Source of the DNA: Candidatus Iainarchaeum sp.
GTDB taxonomy: Archaea; Iainarchaeota; Iainarchaeia; Iainarchaeales; 1-14-0-10-31-34
Length of the DNA: 64,000 nucleotides
Direction of reading: 5' to 3'
NCBI GenBank assembly: GCA_017609625.1
Contig: JAFCDN010000002.1
Location: forward strand, 2,785-66,784
Made by a program: the position numbers and the translations under genes. This document shows, piece by piece, positions 16,777 to 26,010 of this stretch (positions within the stretch are counted from its first letter, which is position 1; every line of letters begins with the position of its first letter). The notes below the pieces were generated by a model, which was not told the origin of the DNA, did not search any database, and worked only from the letters and a program-made list of their open reading frames with translations.

Positions 16777-17313
16777 ATGAAAGGACAGGAAAAAATAACT
16801 GAAGTTCCGGAAGGAACAAAAGCAGAAGTCCAAGGGAACACAGTAAAAATCAGCGGAAAGCTGGGAACACTAGAAAGAGATTTTACCCACAACAAAGTGA
16901 AAATAGAAATACAGGAAAACAAAATAAAAATTTCAACAAAAGAAGTTTCAAAAAGAACAAAAAAAAGGATAAACACAGTTAACGCACACATAAAAAATAT
17001 GATTATAGGAGTAACAAAAGGTTATACTTACAAAATGCAGATTGTTTTCTCACACTTTCCAATAAATGCGACAGTAAAAGGAGATACAGTTGAAATAGTA
17101 AACTTTGTGGGAGAAAAAAACCCAAGAAAATCAAAAATAGTCGGACAGACAAAAGTTGAAATAAAAGGAAAAGAAATTACAATAACAGGAAACAACAAAG
17201 AAGACGTTGGACAGACAACAGCAAATATAGAAAAAGCAACAAAAATAAAAAACAGGGATTCAAGGGTTTTTCAGGACGGAATATATTTAACAGGAAAAGC
17301 GGTGAGCGAATAA
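16777..17313 (+). CDS. rpl6: 50S ribosomal protein L6 (uL6)
   Basis: ITEVPEGTKAEVQGNTVKISGKLGTLERDF...; ATG at 16777 is preceded by AAGGTG; the ORF track extends to 16756. Confidence 0.85.
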   Translation: MKGQEKITEVPEGTKAEVQGNTVKISGKLGTLERDFTHNKVKIEIQENKIKISTKEVSKRTKKRINTVNAHIKNMIIGVTKGYTYKMQIVFSHFPINATVKGDTVEIVNFVGEKNPRKSKIVGQTKVEIKGKEITITGNNKEDVGQTTANIEKATKIKNRDSRVFQDGIYLTGKAVSE

Positions 17314-17954
17314 TGCCAGAAGAAACAAAAAAACAAACAGAAGGAAAAAAAGAATCACCAAAAGAAAAGAAAAAAGAGATACTTACAGAAAAAGAGGAAG
17401 ATTTAGCCAAAGAAGAAAAGAAAACCACAAAAAAAAATGATAAAAAAGAAACCAAACCAACAACTGAAAAACCTGCTTTTGAGAAAAGCCAGGTTGCCAA
17501 AACCAAAGAAGAAAAAAAGCCTGCTGAGAAACCCAAACCAAAAAAACCAGAGAAGCCAAAAGCAGTGAACAAAATAGAAAAAACAAAAGAACAGAAAAAA
17601 TTGCAGGAAAAAATAAAAGAAAAAAAAGTCCCAGTGATAAGGGGAAACTTTGGAAAAGCATGGTTAAGAAGAAAAGCAATAAAAAAATGGCAGAAATGGA
17701 GAAAACCAAGAGGAATAGATTTTAGATTAAAAAAAGAGAACGGAGCAAAACCAAAAATGGGTTTCAGATCTCCAGCAGAAATAAGAGGACTGCACCCCTC
17801 AGGCCTGCAGGAAGTTTATGTGAGAAATTTAAATGAACTGAAAGAAATAAAAGAAAAAAATAAAGTAATAAGATTAAACGGAAATATCGGAAAGAAAAAG
17901 AAAAAAGAAATACTAAAAAAAGCCAAAGAAAAAAAAATGAGGATACTAAACTAA
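17313..17954 (+). CDS. rpl32e: 50S ribosomal protein L32e (eL32) with a ~100-aa K/E-rich N-terminal extension containing a palindromic repeat
   Basis: Core GKAWLRRKAIKKWQKWRKPRGIDFRLKK...GFRSPAEIRGLHPSGLQEVYV; the extension includes KPAFEKSQVAKTKEEKK, encoded by the repeat at 17468-17503. Confidence 0.85.
   Translation: MPEETKKQTEGKKESPKEKKKEILTEKEEDLAKEEKKTTKKNDKKETKPTTEKPAFEKSQVAKTKEEKKPAEKPKPKKPEKPKAVNKIEKTKEQKKLQEKIKEKKVPVIRGNFGKAWLRRKAIKKWQKWRKPRGIDFRLKKENGAKPKMGFRSPAEIRGLHPSGLQEVYVRNLNELKEIKEKNKVIRLNGNIGKKKKKEILKKAKEKKMRILN
17468..17503. repeat. Type-B palindromic repeat variant (AAACCTGCTTTTGAGAAAAGCCAGGTTGCCAAAACC) in frame inside rpl32e
   Basis: Differs by 2 nt from the copy in rps4 at 24983-25018. 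Confidence 0.7.
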
Positions 17955-17955
17955 A

Positions 17956-18402
17956 GTGATTAAAATGCAGTTAAACAAAATCAGAAGAATGGCAGCAGAA
18001 ATAATGAAAGTAGGAAAAACAAAAATTGTTTTTTCAGAAAAAGACCGGGAAAGAATAGCAGAAAGCATGACAAAAGAAGATGTAAGGGCGCTTATAAAAG
18101 AAGGAATAGTAAAAAAAAGAAAAGACAAACATCAAAGCAAAGGCCGGGCAAGAAAACTTAAAGAAAAAAAAACAAAAGGAAGAAAAAGAGGAAAAGGAAA
18201 AAGAAAAGGAAAAAAAACTGCAAGAACAAAAAAGAAAAAAGAATGGATGAAAAAAGTAAGAGCGCAGAGAAAAAAACTGAAAGAACTGAAAGGAAAAATA
18301 AAAGAAAAAGGCGAATACGGAAGAATGTACAAAATGATTAAAGGAAATTATTTCAAAGGAAAAAAATACGTTGAAACAATGGTTAAAGGTGACAAAAAAT
18401 GA
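17956..18402 (+). CDS. rpl19e: 50S ribosomal protein L19e (eL19)
   Basis: 148 aa; MQLNKIRRMAAEIMKVGKTKIVF...DVRALIKEGIVKKRK... Confidence 0.9.
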   Translation: MIKMQLNKIRRMAAEIMKVGKTKIVFSEKDRERIAESMTKEDVRALIKEGIVKKRKDKHQSKGRARKLKEKKTKGRKRGKGKRKGKKTARTKKKKEWMKKVRAQRKKLKELKGKIKEKGEYGRMYKMIKGNYFKGKKYVETMVKGDKK

Positions 18403-18980
18403 GCCACAAATCCACTTATGAAGTAAAATTCAGAAGAAGAATAGGAAACACAGACTACAAAAAAAGACTTGCATTGCTTAAAGGAAAAAAACCAAGACTT
18501 GTTGTAAGGAAAAGCAACAAAATAGTTACAGCCCAGCTTGTGGAATACAAAAAAGAAGGCGACAAAGTTATTTCTTCAGCAAACTCAAAAGAACTATCAA
18601 AATTTGGATGGAAACTGAATACAAAAAATATTCCTGCAGCATATTTAACAGCATTTTTGTGCGTGAAAAAAGCAAAAGGAAAAACAAAAGAAGCATTACT
18701 GGATATTGGCAGGAATACCCCCACAAGAGGTTCAATAGTTTTTGCTGCATTAAAAGGAGCAGTAGACGCAAAATTAAATATTCCATTTGAAGAAAAAGCA
18801 TTTCCAAAACCAGAGAAAATAAACGGAAAAGAACTGGAAAAATACTTAAGTTCATTAGAAGAAGAAAAATACAAGAAACTGTTTGCAGAATATGAAAAAA
18901 AAGGAATTGACAGAAGCAAAATAAGCCAGTACTTTGAACAAACCTTAAATGAAATAAAGAAAAAATACGGTGAGGATTAA
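18399..18980 (+). CDS. rpl18: 50S ribosomal protein L18 (uL18)
   Basis: 193 aa; ...RRRIGNTDYKKRLALLKGKKPRLVVRKSNKIVTAQLVEY... Confidence 0.9.
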   Translation: MSHKSTYEVKFRRRIGNTDYKKRLALLKGKKPRLVVRKSNKIVTAQLVEYKKEGDKVISSANSKELSKFGWKLNTKNIPAAYLTAFLCVKKAKGKTKEALLDIGRNTPTRGSIVFAALKGAVDAKLNIPFEEKAFPKPEKINGKELEKYLSSLEEEKYKKLFAEYEKKGIDRSKISQYFEQTLNEIKKKYGED

Positions 18981-19660
18981 TGAGAGAAAAAAGAGAAGAT
19001 AGAGAAAAAAGAAAGGAAACCCAAAAAAAAGAAGAATTGGCTGAATGGATTCCAAAAACAACTCTTGGAAAAAAAGTTAAGAATGGAGATATTGCCTCAA
19101 TGAATGAAGTAATTGAATCAAAGCTTCCGTTAATTGAACCGCAAATAGTAGATTATTTACTTCCTGATTTAGAGGAAAAAATGGTTGACTTCAAGAAAAC
19201 AACAAAAGTAAGAAGAGCAGGACGGCAGTTTTCTTTCAGAGCAACAGTTTTAGTCGGAGACAAAAACCAGTTTATCGGAGCAGGAACAGGAAAACACAAA
19301 GAAAAATGGCCTGCAGTAAGGAAAGCAACAAGAAGAGCAAAACTGAATTTGATTAGAGTAAGAAAAGGCTGCGGTTCATGGGAATGCACATGCGGAACAG
19401 GACATTCAATTCCATTCAAAGTTAAAGGAAGCTGCGGAGCAGTGAAAATAGAATTAATGCCTGCGCCAAAAGGGACAGGATTAGTAGTTGGAAATAAAAT
19501 AAAAGACGTTTTTGATTTTGTCGGAATAAAAGATGTATGGAGCAGAACAAGAGGTGCAACAGACACAAGACTGAATTTTATTAGAGCAACAATTAATGCT
19601 TTATCAAAAACAACTTCAATGAAAGTTTCAGAGGAGATAAGGAAAAAAGCTTTAAAGTGA
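18980..19660 (+). CDS. rps5: 30S ribosomal protein S5 (uS5)
   Basis: 226 aa; ...RRAGRQFSFRATVLVGDKNQFIGAGTGKHKE...GHSIPFKVKGSCGAVKIELMPAPKGTGLVVG... Confidence 0.9.
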   Translation: MREKREDREKRKETQKKEELAEWIPKTTLGKKVKNGDIASMNEVIESKLPLIEPQIVDYLLPDLEEKMVDFKKTTKVRRAGRQFSFRATVLVGDKNQFIGAGTGKHKEKWPAVRKATRRAKLNLIRVRKGCGSWECTCGTGHSIPFKVKGSCGAVKIELMPAPKGTGLVVGNKIKDVFDFVGIKDVWSRTRGATDTRLNFIRATINALSKTTSMKVSEEIRKKALK

Positions 19661-20127
19661 TAAAAATGTTGACAGTAATTAGAGTAAGAGGAAGTATTAG
19701 AGTAAAAAAAGAGATAAAAGACACAATGAAAATGCTAAGATTGTTTAGAGCAAACCATTTGGTTCTGGTTTCAGAAGAAAAGAGAACAAAAAAAATGGTT
19801 GAAAAAGTAAAAGATTATGTGACTTTTGGAGAGATTAATGCAGAAACTTTAGAAAAGCTTTTGGAAAAAAGAGCTTTAATTAAAGGAAACAAAAAAGTTA
19901 CAGCAGAATTTTTAAAGGAGAAAAAAATAAACTCGTTTAAGGAACTCTCAGAAAAGATTTTGAAAGGAGAAGCAAAACTGAAAGAATTGGAAATAAAACC
20001 TGTATTCAGGTTAAGGCCTCCGAGAAAAGGATTTGAAAGAGCAGGAATAAAAAAAGCTTTTTCTGTCGGCGGCGTATTAGGTTACAGAGCAACAGAAATA
20101 AACAGTTTAATTAACAAAATGTTATAG
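19657..20127 (+). CDS. rpl30: 50S ribosomal protein L30 (uL30, archaeal long form)
   Basis: 156 aa; MLTVIRVRGSIRVKKEIKDTMKMLRLFRANHLVLV... Confidence 0.85.
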   Translation: MIKMLTVIRVRGSIRVKKEIKDTMKMLRLFRANHLVLVSEEKRTKKMVEKVKDYVTFGEINAETLEKLLEKRALIKGNKKVTAEFLKEKKINSFKELSEKILKGEAKLKELEIKPVFRLRPPRKGFERAGIKKAFSVGGVLGYRATEINSLINKML

Positions 20128-20135
20128 GTGTAAAA

Positions 20136-20549
20136 ATGGTTATAAGAAGAAAGAAAAAAACAAACAAAGTCAGAGGCAACAGATACCATGGAAAAGGAAA
20201 CACAAAAAACAAAAGGGGAGCAGGAACAAGAGGCGGAAGAGGAAAAGCCGGAAGCGACAAACACAAATTTAGTAAATATTATGTTGATTTTGGAGTGAAA
20301 AAAAGATTAAAACCAAAAACAAAAGGGGATACAGTTAATTTGACAGAACTTGAAAAGTATCTTGAAAAAAAAGCAGAGAAAAAATTAGTGGAAAAAAAGG
20401 AAGAAGTTTTTATTGTGAACGGAAAAAAATGCGGTTTGCATAAAATTTTAGGAAGAGGCACAACAAAAATTAAAGTTGAAGCAGTAAATGTTAAAGCAAC
20501 AGCAGATGCAAAAGCAAAAATTGAATCTTTAGGAGGAAAAATCCAATGA
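20136..20549 (+). CDS. rpl15: 50S ribosomal protein L15 (uL15)
   Basis: 137 aa; ...RGNRYHGKGNTKNKRGAGTRGGRGKAGSDKHKF... Confidence 0.9.
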   Translation: MVIRRKKKTNKVRGNRYHGKGNTKNKRGAGTRGGRGKAGSDKHKFSKYYVDFGVKKRLKPKTKGDTVNLTELEKYLEKKAEKKLVEKKEEVFIVNGKKCGLHKILGRGTTKIKVEAVNVKATADAKAKIESLGGKIQ

Positions 20550-21937
20550 GCATACTGGATATATTAGAACCAGTTTATAAAATGCTTCCAGAGGTTAAAG
20601 CACCAGAAGTTGCACCTCCGTTAAAAAAGAAATTAATCTGGAGCGGACTGGCTTTGCTTTTGTTTTACATAATGGGAAACATTGCTGTAATTGGATTAAG
20701 CGCTTTCTCGGAAGGAGCTCTTGGAAATTTACAGGTAATTTTAGCATCAAAAATAGGTTCACTGGTTACAGTTGGAATCGGACCGATTGTATTAGCATCA
20801 ATTATTTTGCAATTGCTTGTAGGCGGAAAAATACTAAATATTGATTTAAGCAACCCAAAAGACAAAGCAAGATTTTCCGGATTGCAGAAATTGTTTGCAA
20901 TAATTTTATGCTTTTTTGAAGCCGGAGTTTATGTTGCTTCAGGAATGCTTTCACCTTCACCAGGAATGTTTGTGCCAGTAATACTGCAGGTAGCATTGGG
21001 TTCAATTATTTTATTGTATTTAGATGAAGTTGTATCAAAATATGGAATCGGCTCCGGAATTGGATTATTTATTGCAGGAGGAGTTTCAGAAACAATCTTT
21101 TGGAGAATATTTGGATTCCAGACATTAGCAGACGGATTAAATGGAACAGGAATTCTATGGGTTTTTTTGGAATCACTTGCAACAGGAGCAGATTTTTTGT
21201 TATTACTTCCAATAATTTCAACTTTGATTGTGTTTTTTGTTGTAGTTTATGCTGAAGGAATGCATGTAAATATCCCGATTACAATGGGAAGAAAAGGAAC
21301 AGGAGGAAGGTTTCCAGTAAAACTATTGTATGTTTCAAACATTCCGGTTATTCTGGCTGTAGCATTGTTTGCAAACATCCAATTATGGGCAATGGTTATC
21401 CCAGAATTTGCATTTGATTTGCCTGATATTACGATTCCGATTATAGACTTTACTATAAGGGAAATAGGAACAAAATCTTTTATGGGCGGAATTGCAGCAA
21501 TGGTTACATCTCCTTATGGCTTAATTGAAACACTTGCCAGGGGAGGATTTGAATTAGGAATGGTGTTGCAAGGACTAGGATATTTGATAATCTTGGTTGC
21601 AGTTTGTATTGTTTTCGGAAGGTTTTGGGTTGAAATGGGAGGCCAAGGACCAGAAGCAGTAAGCAACCAGTTAAGCAATTCAGGAATGTATATTCCTGGA
21701 TTTAGAAGAGACCCAAGAATTATAAGAGGAATATTAGAAAGGTATATTCCACCAATAACAATTCTGGGTTCAGCGTTTGTTGGATTATTGGCAGGACTGG
21801 CAGATTTTACTTCTGCATTAGGTTCAGGAACAGGAATTTTATTGACAGTAGGAATTGTTTATAGGTTATATGAAGAACTTGCAAAACAGCAGTTAATGGA
21901 AACAAACCCATTAATGAGGAGATTATTTGGTGGTTGA
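20546..21937 (+). CDS. secY: Preprotein translocase subunit SecY
   Basis: 463 aa, 10 TM; ...KKKLIWSGLALLLFYIMGNI...; canonical position after L15. Confidence 0.95.
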   Translation: MSILDILEPVYKMLPEVKAPEVAPPLKKKLIWSGLALLLFYIMGNIAVIGLSAFSEGALGNLQVILASKIGSLVTVGIGPIVLASIILQLLVGGKILNIDLSNPKDKARFSGLQKLFAIILCFFEAGVYVASGMLSPSPGMFVPVILQVALGSIILLYLDEVVSKYGIGSGIGLFIAGGVSETIFWRIFGFQTLADGLNGTGILWVFLESLATGADFLLLLPIISTLIVFFVVVYAEGMHVNIPITMGRKGTGGRFPVKLLYVSNIPVILAVALFANIQLWAMVIPEFAFDLPDITIPIIDFTIREIGTKSFMGGIAAMVTSPYGLIETLARGGFELGMVLQGLGYLIILVAVCIVFGRFWVEMGGQGPEAVSNQLSNSGMYIPGFRRDPRIIRGILERYIPPITILGSAFVGLLAGLADFTSALGSGTGILLTVGIVYRLYEELAKQQLMETNPLMRRLFGG

Positions 21938-22015
21938 AAGGTTTAAAACTATGATGTTGAAGAAAATATTATGTGTTTAAACCTATTTTTTTTATGGTTT
22001 TTTAAGTGATTTAAT

Positions 22016-22492
22016 ATGGTTGTATTTAGTGCAGTATTAGATGTAACATTATTTGCAGTGATTGTAGGATTAATTTCCCAGGCATTGCAGAGAAAGTTAA
22101 TGGACAAAAAAGCCCAGAAAGCTAAACAGCAGGCAATGAAAGAAAAACAAAAAAAACTAAAAGAATTAATGAAACAAGGAGATGAAGCATCAAAAAAAGA
22201 AGCAGAAAGACTTAACATGGAATTAATGGGCGACATGAAAGACATGTTCAAAGGAATGCAAAAATTCATGATTGCATCATTGATTGTAATAATGCCTATA
22301 TTTTATTTAGGAGTAAGCACTTATGCAAAGGAAACATTTATTGTATTTGGATGGAAAGTACCTCAGTTTATTTTTCCGCCGTATATTGTATGGTATTTTA
22401 TTTCCAGCATAATTTTCAGCATAATTTTTAATTTGATAATGAAAGCAGTAGAACCGGCTCTTGAAAAAAGACAGTTAGCCAAAACCCAATAA
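22016..22492 (+). CDS. DUF106 / EMC3-Oxa1-like membrane insertase homolog
   Basis: 158 aa; TM, a charged coiled-coil segment (KKAQKAKQQAMKEKQKKLKEL...), then 2 TM; archaeal DUF106 normally follows secY/adk. Confidence 0.55.
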   Translation: MVVFSAVLDVTLFAVIVGLISQALQRKLMDKKAQKAKQQAMKEKQKKLKELMKQGDEASKKEAERLNMELMGDMKDMFKGMQKFMIASLIVIMPIFYLGVSTYAKETFIVFGWKVPQFIFPPYIVWYFISSIIFSIIFNLIMKAVEPALEKRQLAKTQ

Positions 22493-22590
22493 GTGATTTT
22501 ATGACACAACACACCTTTTTTGAAAAAAGCTGTACCAAAAACGTTTTCGCTAAAGCGAAAACTTGCTTTCTTTTCTTTGGGCAACCTACA

Positions 22591-22619
22591 CTTTCTTTTC
22601 TTTATGAAAGAAAAGAAAA
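22591..22619. promoter_or_regulatory. Perfect 13/3/13 palindrome CTTTCTTTTCTTT-ATG-AAAGAAAAGAAAG in the DUF106/L34e intergenic region
   Basis: A related hairpin CGTTTTCGC-TAAA-GCGAAAAC lies at 22542-22562; a similar CGTTTTCG...CGAAAAC motif also occurs in the tRNA-Leu intron. Confidence 0.35.
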
Positions 22620-22635
22620 GACAGAGTGAGATTAA

Positions 22636-22977
22636 ATGACAAAACCAAGCGACAAAAACAAGAAAAAAAAATTCAGAAGAAGCGTTAAAGGAAAAAGCAA
22701 AGCGTACTACACAAGAACAAAAAAAGCAAAACACAAATGTGCGCTCTGCAAAAAAGTACTGCATGGAGTGCCGCATTCAAAAAACGTTGCAGAGATTAAA
22801 AAGCTTGGAAAAACAGAAAAAAGACCTTCAGTTCCTTTTGGAGGCATTCTTTGTTCAGAGTGCAGAACAAAAACAATAGATGAAGCAGTAAAAGTAATAG
22901 AAAAAGAAAAAAAAGAGGAAACTTTGGAACTAAAAGGAAAAACATACACAAAACAAATGATTGAGATGATAAAATGA
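22636..22977 (+). CDS. rpl34e: 50S ribosomal protein L34e (eL34)
   Basis: 113 aa; CALCKKVLHGVPH...EKRPSVPFGGILCSECR (four-Cys zinc ribbon). Confidence 0.85.
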   Translation: MTKPSDKNKKKKFRRSVKGKSKAYYTRTKKAKHKCALCKKVLHGVPHSKNVAEIKKLGKTEKRPSVPFGGILCSECRTKTIDEAVKVIEKEKKEETLELKGKTYTKQMIEMIK

Positions 22978-23486
22978 TTATAACAGTCACAAGCTATCCG
23001 GGAACAGAAACAAAAGAACTAAGCAAACTATTAGCACTGCAAGTGGGTTTGAAATATTTTTCTGCAAACGAAATAAAAAAAAGAATTGCAGTTGAAACAA
23101 ACCTCCCAATAGAAAAAATAAAAGAAGAAGAATTCACAGAAAAAATAAAACAAATAATAGAAGGAGAATCAAAAAAAAACGACATAATCATTGATCATTT
23201 ACTTGCAGCATGGACAATAAACAATGCAGATTTGAAAGTTTTTTTAAAGTCACATAACAAGGCAAGGGCAAAAAAAATGTCAGAAAAAAAGAAAATTCCA
23301 GTGGGAAACGCATTAGATGAAATAGAAATGCAGGAAAAAGAACAGGAAAGAAATTTTTTGAACAACTATGGAATAAACATTTATGATTTGCAGGTATATG
23401 ATCTGGTAATAAACAGCGATAAACTGGACCAAGACAGCGTAATAGGAATAATAAAAAAATACCTGGAAAAAATGCACAAAGAGTGA
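22974..23486 (+). CDS. cmk: Cytidylate kinase homolog (archaeal CMK family) with a disrupted Walker A motif
   Basis: MIITVTSYPGTETKELSKLLA aligns to the archaeal MIITISGLPGSGKTTVAKLLA; the C-terminal YGINIYDLQVYDLVINSDK motif is conserved; the P-loop GKT is replaced by ETK. Confidence 0.7.
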   Translation: MIITVTSYPGTETKELSKLLALQVGLKYFSANEIKKRIAVETNLPIEKIKEEEFTEKIKQIIEGESKKNDIIIDHLLAAWTINNADLKVFLKSHNKARAKKMSEKKKIPVGNALDEIEMQEKEQERNFLNNYGINIYDLQVYDLVINSDKLDQDSVIGIIKKYLEKMHKE

Positions 23487-23490
23487 AAAA

Positions 23491-23667
23491 ATGGCAGTAA
23501 TAGAAGCAGGAAGAGTATGCATTAAAAGAAAAGGAAGAGAAGCAGGAAAAAAAATAGTTGTAACTTCAGTTAAAGGAAATTATGCATTTATTGAAGGAAA
23601 AGGAGTAAAAAAAAGGAGATGCAATATAATCCATTTATATCCGACAAAAGAAAAGAAAAAGGTGTAA
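23491..23667 (+). CDS. rpl14e: 50S ribosomal protein L14e (eL14), 58 aa; below the ORF-track cutoff
   Basis: Hand translation gives MAVIEAGRVCIKRKGREAGKKIVVTSVKGNYAFIEGKGVKKRRCNIIHLYPTKEKKKV* (KOW motif GRVC.K..GREAG); canonical position after cmk. Confidence 0.75.
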   Translation: MAVIEAGRVCIKRKGREAGKKIVVTSVKGNYAFIEGKGVKKRRCNIIHLYPTKEKKKV

Positions 23668-23711
23668 CATGAAATGAATTTTGGTACAGCTTTTAAGAAA
23701 AGGTGTAAAAT

Positions 23712-24179
23712 TTGGCAGAATTAAGATTAATTGTAAGAATAGCAAACAAAGATTTAAGCGGAGAAAAAAGAATAGCAAAAGCTTTAATGGAACTAAAAGG
23801 AATAAGCCAGAGAATGGGAAAAATAATAGCAAAAGAATTTGAAAAAGAAACAAGAATAAAAGAAGATACAAAATTAGGAGATATTCCGGAAAATATGGAC
23901 AAAAAAATGGAAGAAATAGTATTGAACCCTGAAAAATTCGGAATACCAAAATGGAGTTTAAACAAACAAAAAGAATATGATTCAGGAGAAGACAAGCATT
24001 TAATAATGTCAGAATTGGAATTTGATGAAAGAAAAAACTTTCAAAGAATGAGCAAAATAAAAAGTTACAGAGGATTAAGAAGAGGCTGGGGTCTTACAGT
24101 AAGAGGACAAAAAACAAAATCCACTCACAGAGGAAAAGGCCCAGTAGTAGGAGTAATGAAAAAAGACGCAAAAAAATAG
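23712..24179 (+). CDS. rps13: 30S ribosomal protein S13 (uS13), TTG start
   Basis: 155 aa; LRLIVRIANKDLSGEKRIAKALMELKGIS...SYRGLRRGWGLTVRGQKTKS. Confidence 0.9.
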   Translation: MAELRLIVRIANKDLSGEKRIAKALMELKGISQRMGKIIAKEFEKETRIKEDTKLGDIPENMDKKMEEIVLNPEKFGIPKWSLNKQKEYDSGEDKHLIMSELEFDERKNFQRMSKIKSYRGLRRGWGLTVRGQKTKSTHRGKGPVVGVMKKDAKK

Positions 24180-24187
24180 GTGAATAA

Positions 24188-25048
24188 ATGGGAGACCCAA
24201 AAAAAACAAAAAAGAAATACATCAGGCCAAGAAAACCTTGGGACAGAACCAGGCTAGATGAAGAAAGAAAACTAAAAGAAACTTATGGACTGAAAAACAA
24301 AAAAGAGCTTTGGGGATTGGAACAAATACTAAAAAGCAAGAGACAAAACGCAAGAAAACTGCTTGCATTAGAACTGGAAAGAAGGCTTAAAAGAGAAAAA
24401 GAATTAATGGACAGCCTGAAAAAAATAGGTTTAGTAAAAGAAAATGCTTCACTGGATGACATTTTAAGTTTAAGAATAGAAGAGTTTCTTGAAAGAAGGC
24501 TTCAGACAATAGTCTGGAGAAAAGGACTTGCAAACACAGTAAAACAGGCAAGACAATTCATTGTTCACGGACATATAGCAATAAACGGAAAAAAAGTAAC
24601 AAAACCCTCATATATTGTTAAAACAGAAGAAGAAGGAAAAATAAATTACTACAAAAAACCTCTCAAACTGAAACAGGAGAAACCTAAAACAAAAAAAGAC
24701 TTGAAAAAAGAATTCAAAAAAGCAGAATCAACAGAAGGGGCTGAAAAGCAATTAAAAACAGAAGGAAAAAATAAAGATTTAGTTAAAGAAAAAACTGAAA
24801 CAAAAAAAGAATCTCCTAAAGCAGAAAAAGAAACCCCAAAAACTAAAAAAAAGAAAGAAGAAAAACCAAAAAAAGAAAAAACTGAAGATAAAAAAACAGA
24901 AACAAAAGAAAAGGAAGAAAAAGAACCTCAAAAAACTGAAGAGAAACCAGCAGAAAAATCAGATGAAAAACCAAAAACAGAAAAACCAGCTTTTGAGAAA
25001 AGCCGGGTTGCCAAAACCAAAGAGAAAGAACAAGGTGAAGAAAAATGA
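24188..25048 (+). CDS. rps4: 30S ribosomal protein S4 (uS4) with a ~130-aa K/E-rich C-terminal extension ending in a palindromic-repeat-encoded peptide
   Basis: Core ...[34 protein letters not shown]...; the tail ends ...[24 protein letters not shown]. Confidence 0.9.
   Translation: MGDPKKTKKKYIRPRKPWDRTRLDEERKLKETYGLKNKKELWGLEQILKSKRQNARKLLALELERRLKREKELMDSLKKIGLVKENASLDDILSLRIEEFLERRLQTIVWRKGLANTVKQARQFIVHGHIAINGKKVTKPSYIVKTEEEGKINYYKKPLKLKQEKPKTKKDLKKEFKKAESTEGAEKQLKTEGKNKDLVKEKTETKKESPKAEKETPKTKKKKEEKPKKEKTEDKKTETKEKEEKEPQKTEEKPAEKSDEKPKTEKPAFEKSRVAKTKEKEQGEEK
24983..25018. repeat. Type-B palindromic repeat variant in frame at the 3' end of rps4
   Basis: AAACCAGCTTTTGAGAAAAGCCGGGTTGCCAAAACC; encodes [12 protein letters not shown]. 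Confidence 0.7.
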
Positions 25049-25428
25049 GCAAAAAAGGAATAATTCATATTTACGCATCACACAATAACACAATAATTTT
25101 GCTGACAGATATTACAGGACAAGAAACAATAGCAAAATGTTCAGGAGGCCAAGTGGTTAAAGCACAACACAAAGAAGGTTCTCCTTATGCTGCAATGAAA
25201 GTAGCAGAAATCGTTGCAGACAGAGCAAAAGAAAAAGGAATATACGAAGTAATAGTAAAAGTAAGAGGCCAGGGGGGAATAAGATCAAAAAACCCAGGGC
25301 AAGGCGCAGAAGCCTCAATAAGAAGCCTTACAAGAGCAGGAATGAGAATAAGAACAATAGAAAACGTAACTCCAGTTCCGCACAATGGATGCAGAAAAAA
25401 GAAAAGATATAGAGGAAAGAAAAAATAG
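25045..25428 (+). CDS. rps11: 30S ribosomal protein S11 (uS11)
   Basis: 127 aa; [23 protein letters not shown]...[22 protein letters not shown]... Confidence 0.95.
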   Translation: MSKKGIIHIYASHNNTIILLTDITGQETIAKCSGGQVVKAQHKEGSPYAAMKVAEIVADRAKEKGIYEVIVKVRGQGGIRSKNPGQGAEASIRSLTRAGMRIRTIENVTPVPHNGCRKKKRYRGKKK

Positions 25429-25436
25429 GTGGTAAA

Positions 25437-26009
25437 ATGGAAATGAAAAAATTGGAGAAAAAAGACAGAAAAATAAGGTTTTCTCTAAAAGGGGTTACCC
25501 CTGCATTTGTTAATGCAATAAGAAGAATGATTACAACAAACGTAAAAACATTTGCAGTAGACAATGTCAATATTTACGAAAACACTTCAGTAATGTTCAA
25601 CGAAATGTTTGCACACAGATTAGGAATGCTTCCAATCCAGACAGACACAAAAACATACAAGAAAAAAGAAAAAGTTACTTTAATGGCGGAAAAAGAAGGA
25701 CCATGCACAGTGTATTCAAAAGACATTAAAAGCACTGATCCCAAAATAGAAGTAATAGACAAAAAAATTCCGATTGTAAAACTCGGAAAAAATCAGAAAA
25801 TAAAAATAGAAATGGAAGCAACAGTTGATTCCGGAAAAAGACACAGCAAATGGACACCAGGAATAATGACCTACAACTACAACAAGGACACATTTACAGT
25901 TAACATGGAATCTTTTGGAGGAATGGAACCAAAAGAAATACTTGAACAGGCAACAGCGGAGCTGATAATAAAAACAGAGGAGCTGAAAAAGGCTTTAAGC
26001 AAGGTTTAA
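25437..26009 (+). CDS. rpoD: DNA-directed RNA polymerase subunit D (Rpo3)
   Basis: 190 aa; ...GVTPAFVNAIRRMITTNVKTFAVDNVNIYENTSVMFNEMFAHRLGMLPI...; canonical position after S11. Confidence 0.8.
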   Translation: MEMKKLEKKDRKIRFSLKGVTPAFVNAIRRMITTNVKTFAVDNVNIYENTSVMFNEMFAHRLGMLPIQTDTKTYKKKEKVTLMAEKEGPCTVYSKDIKSTDPKIEVIDKKIPIVKLGKNQKIKIEMEATVDSGKRHSKWTPGIMTYNYNKDTFTVNMESFGGMEPKEILEQATAELIIKTEELKKALSKV

Positions 26010-26010
26010 A

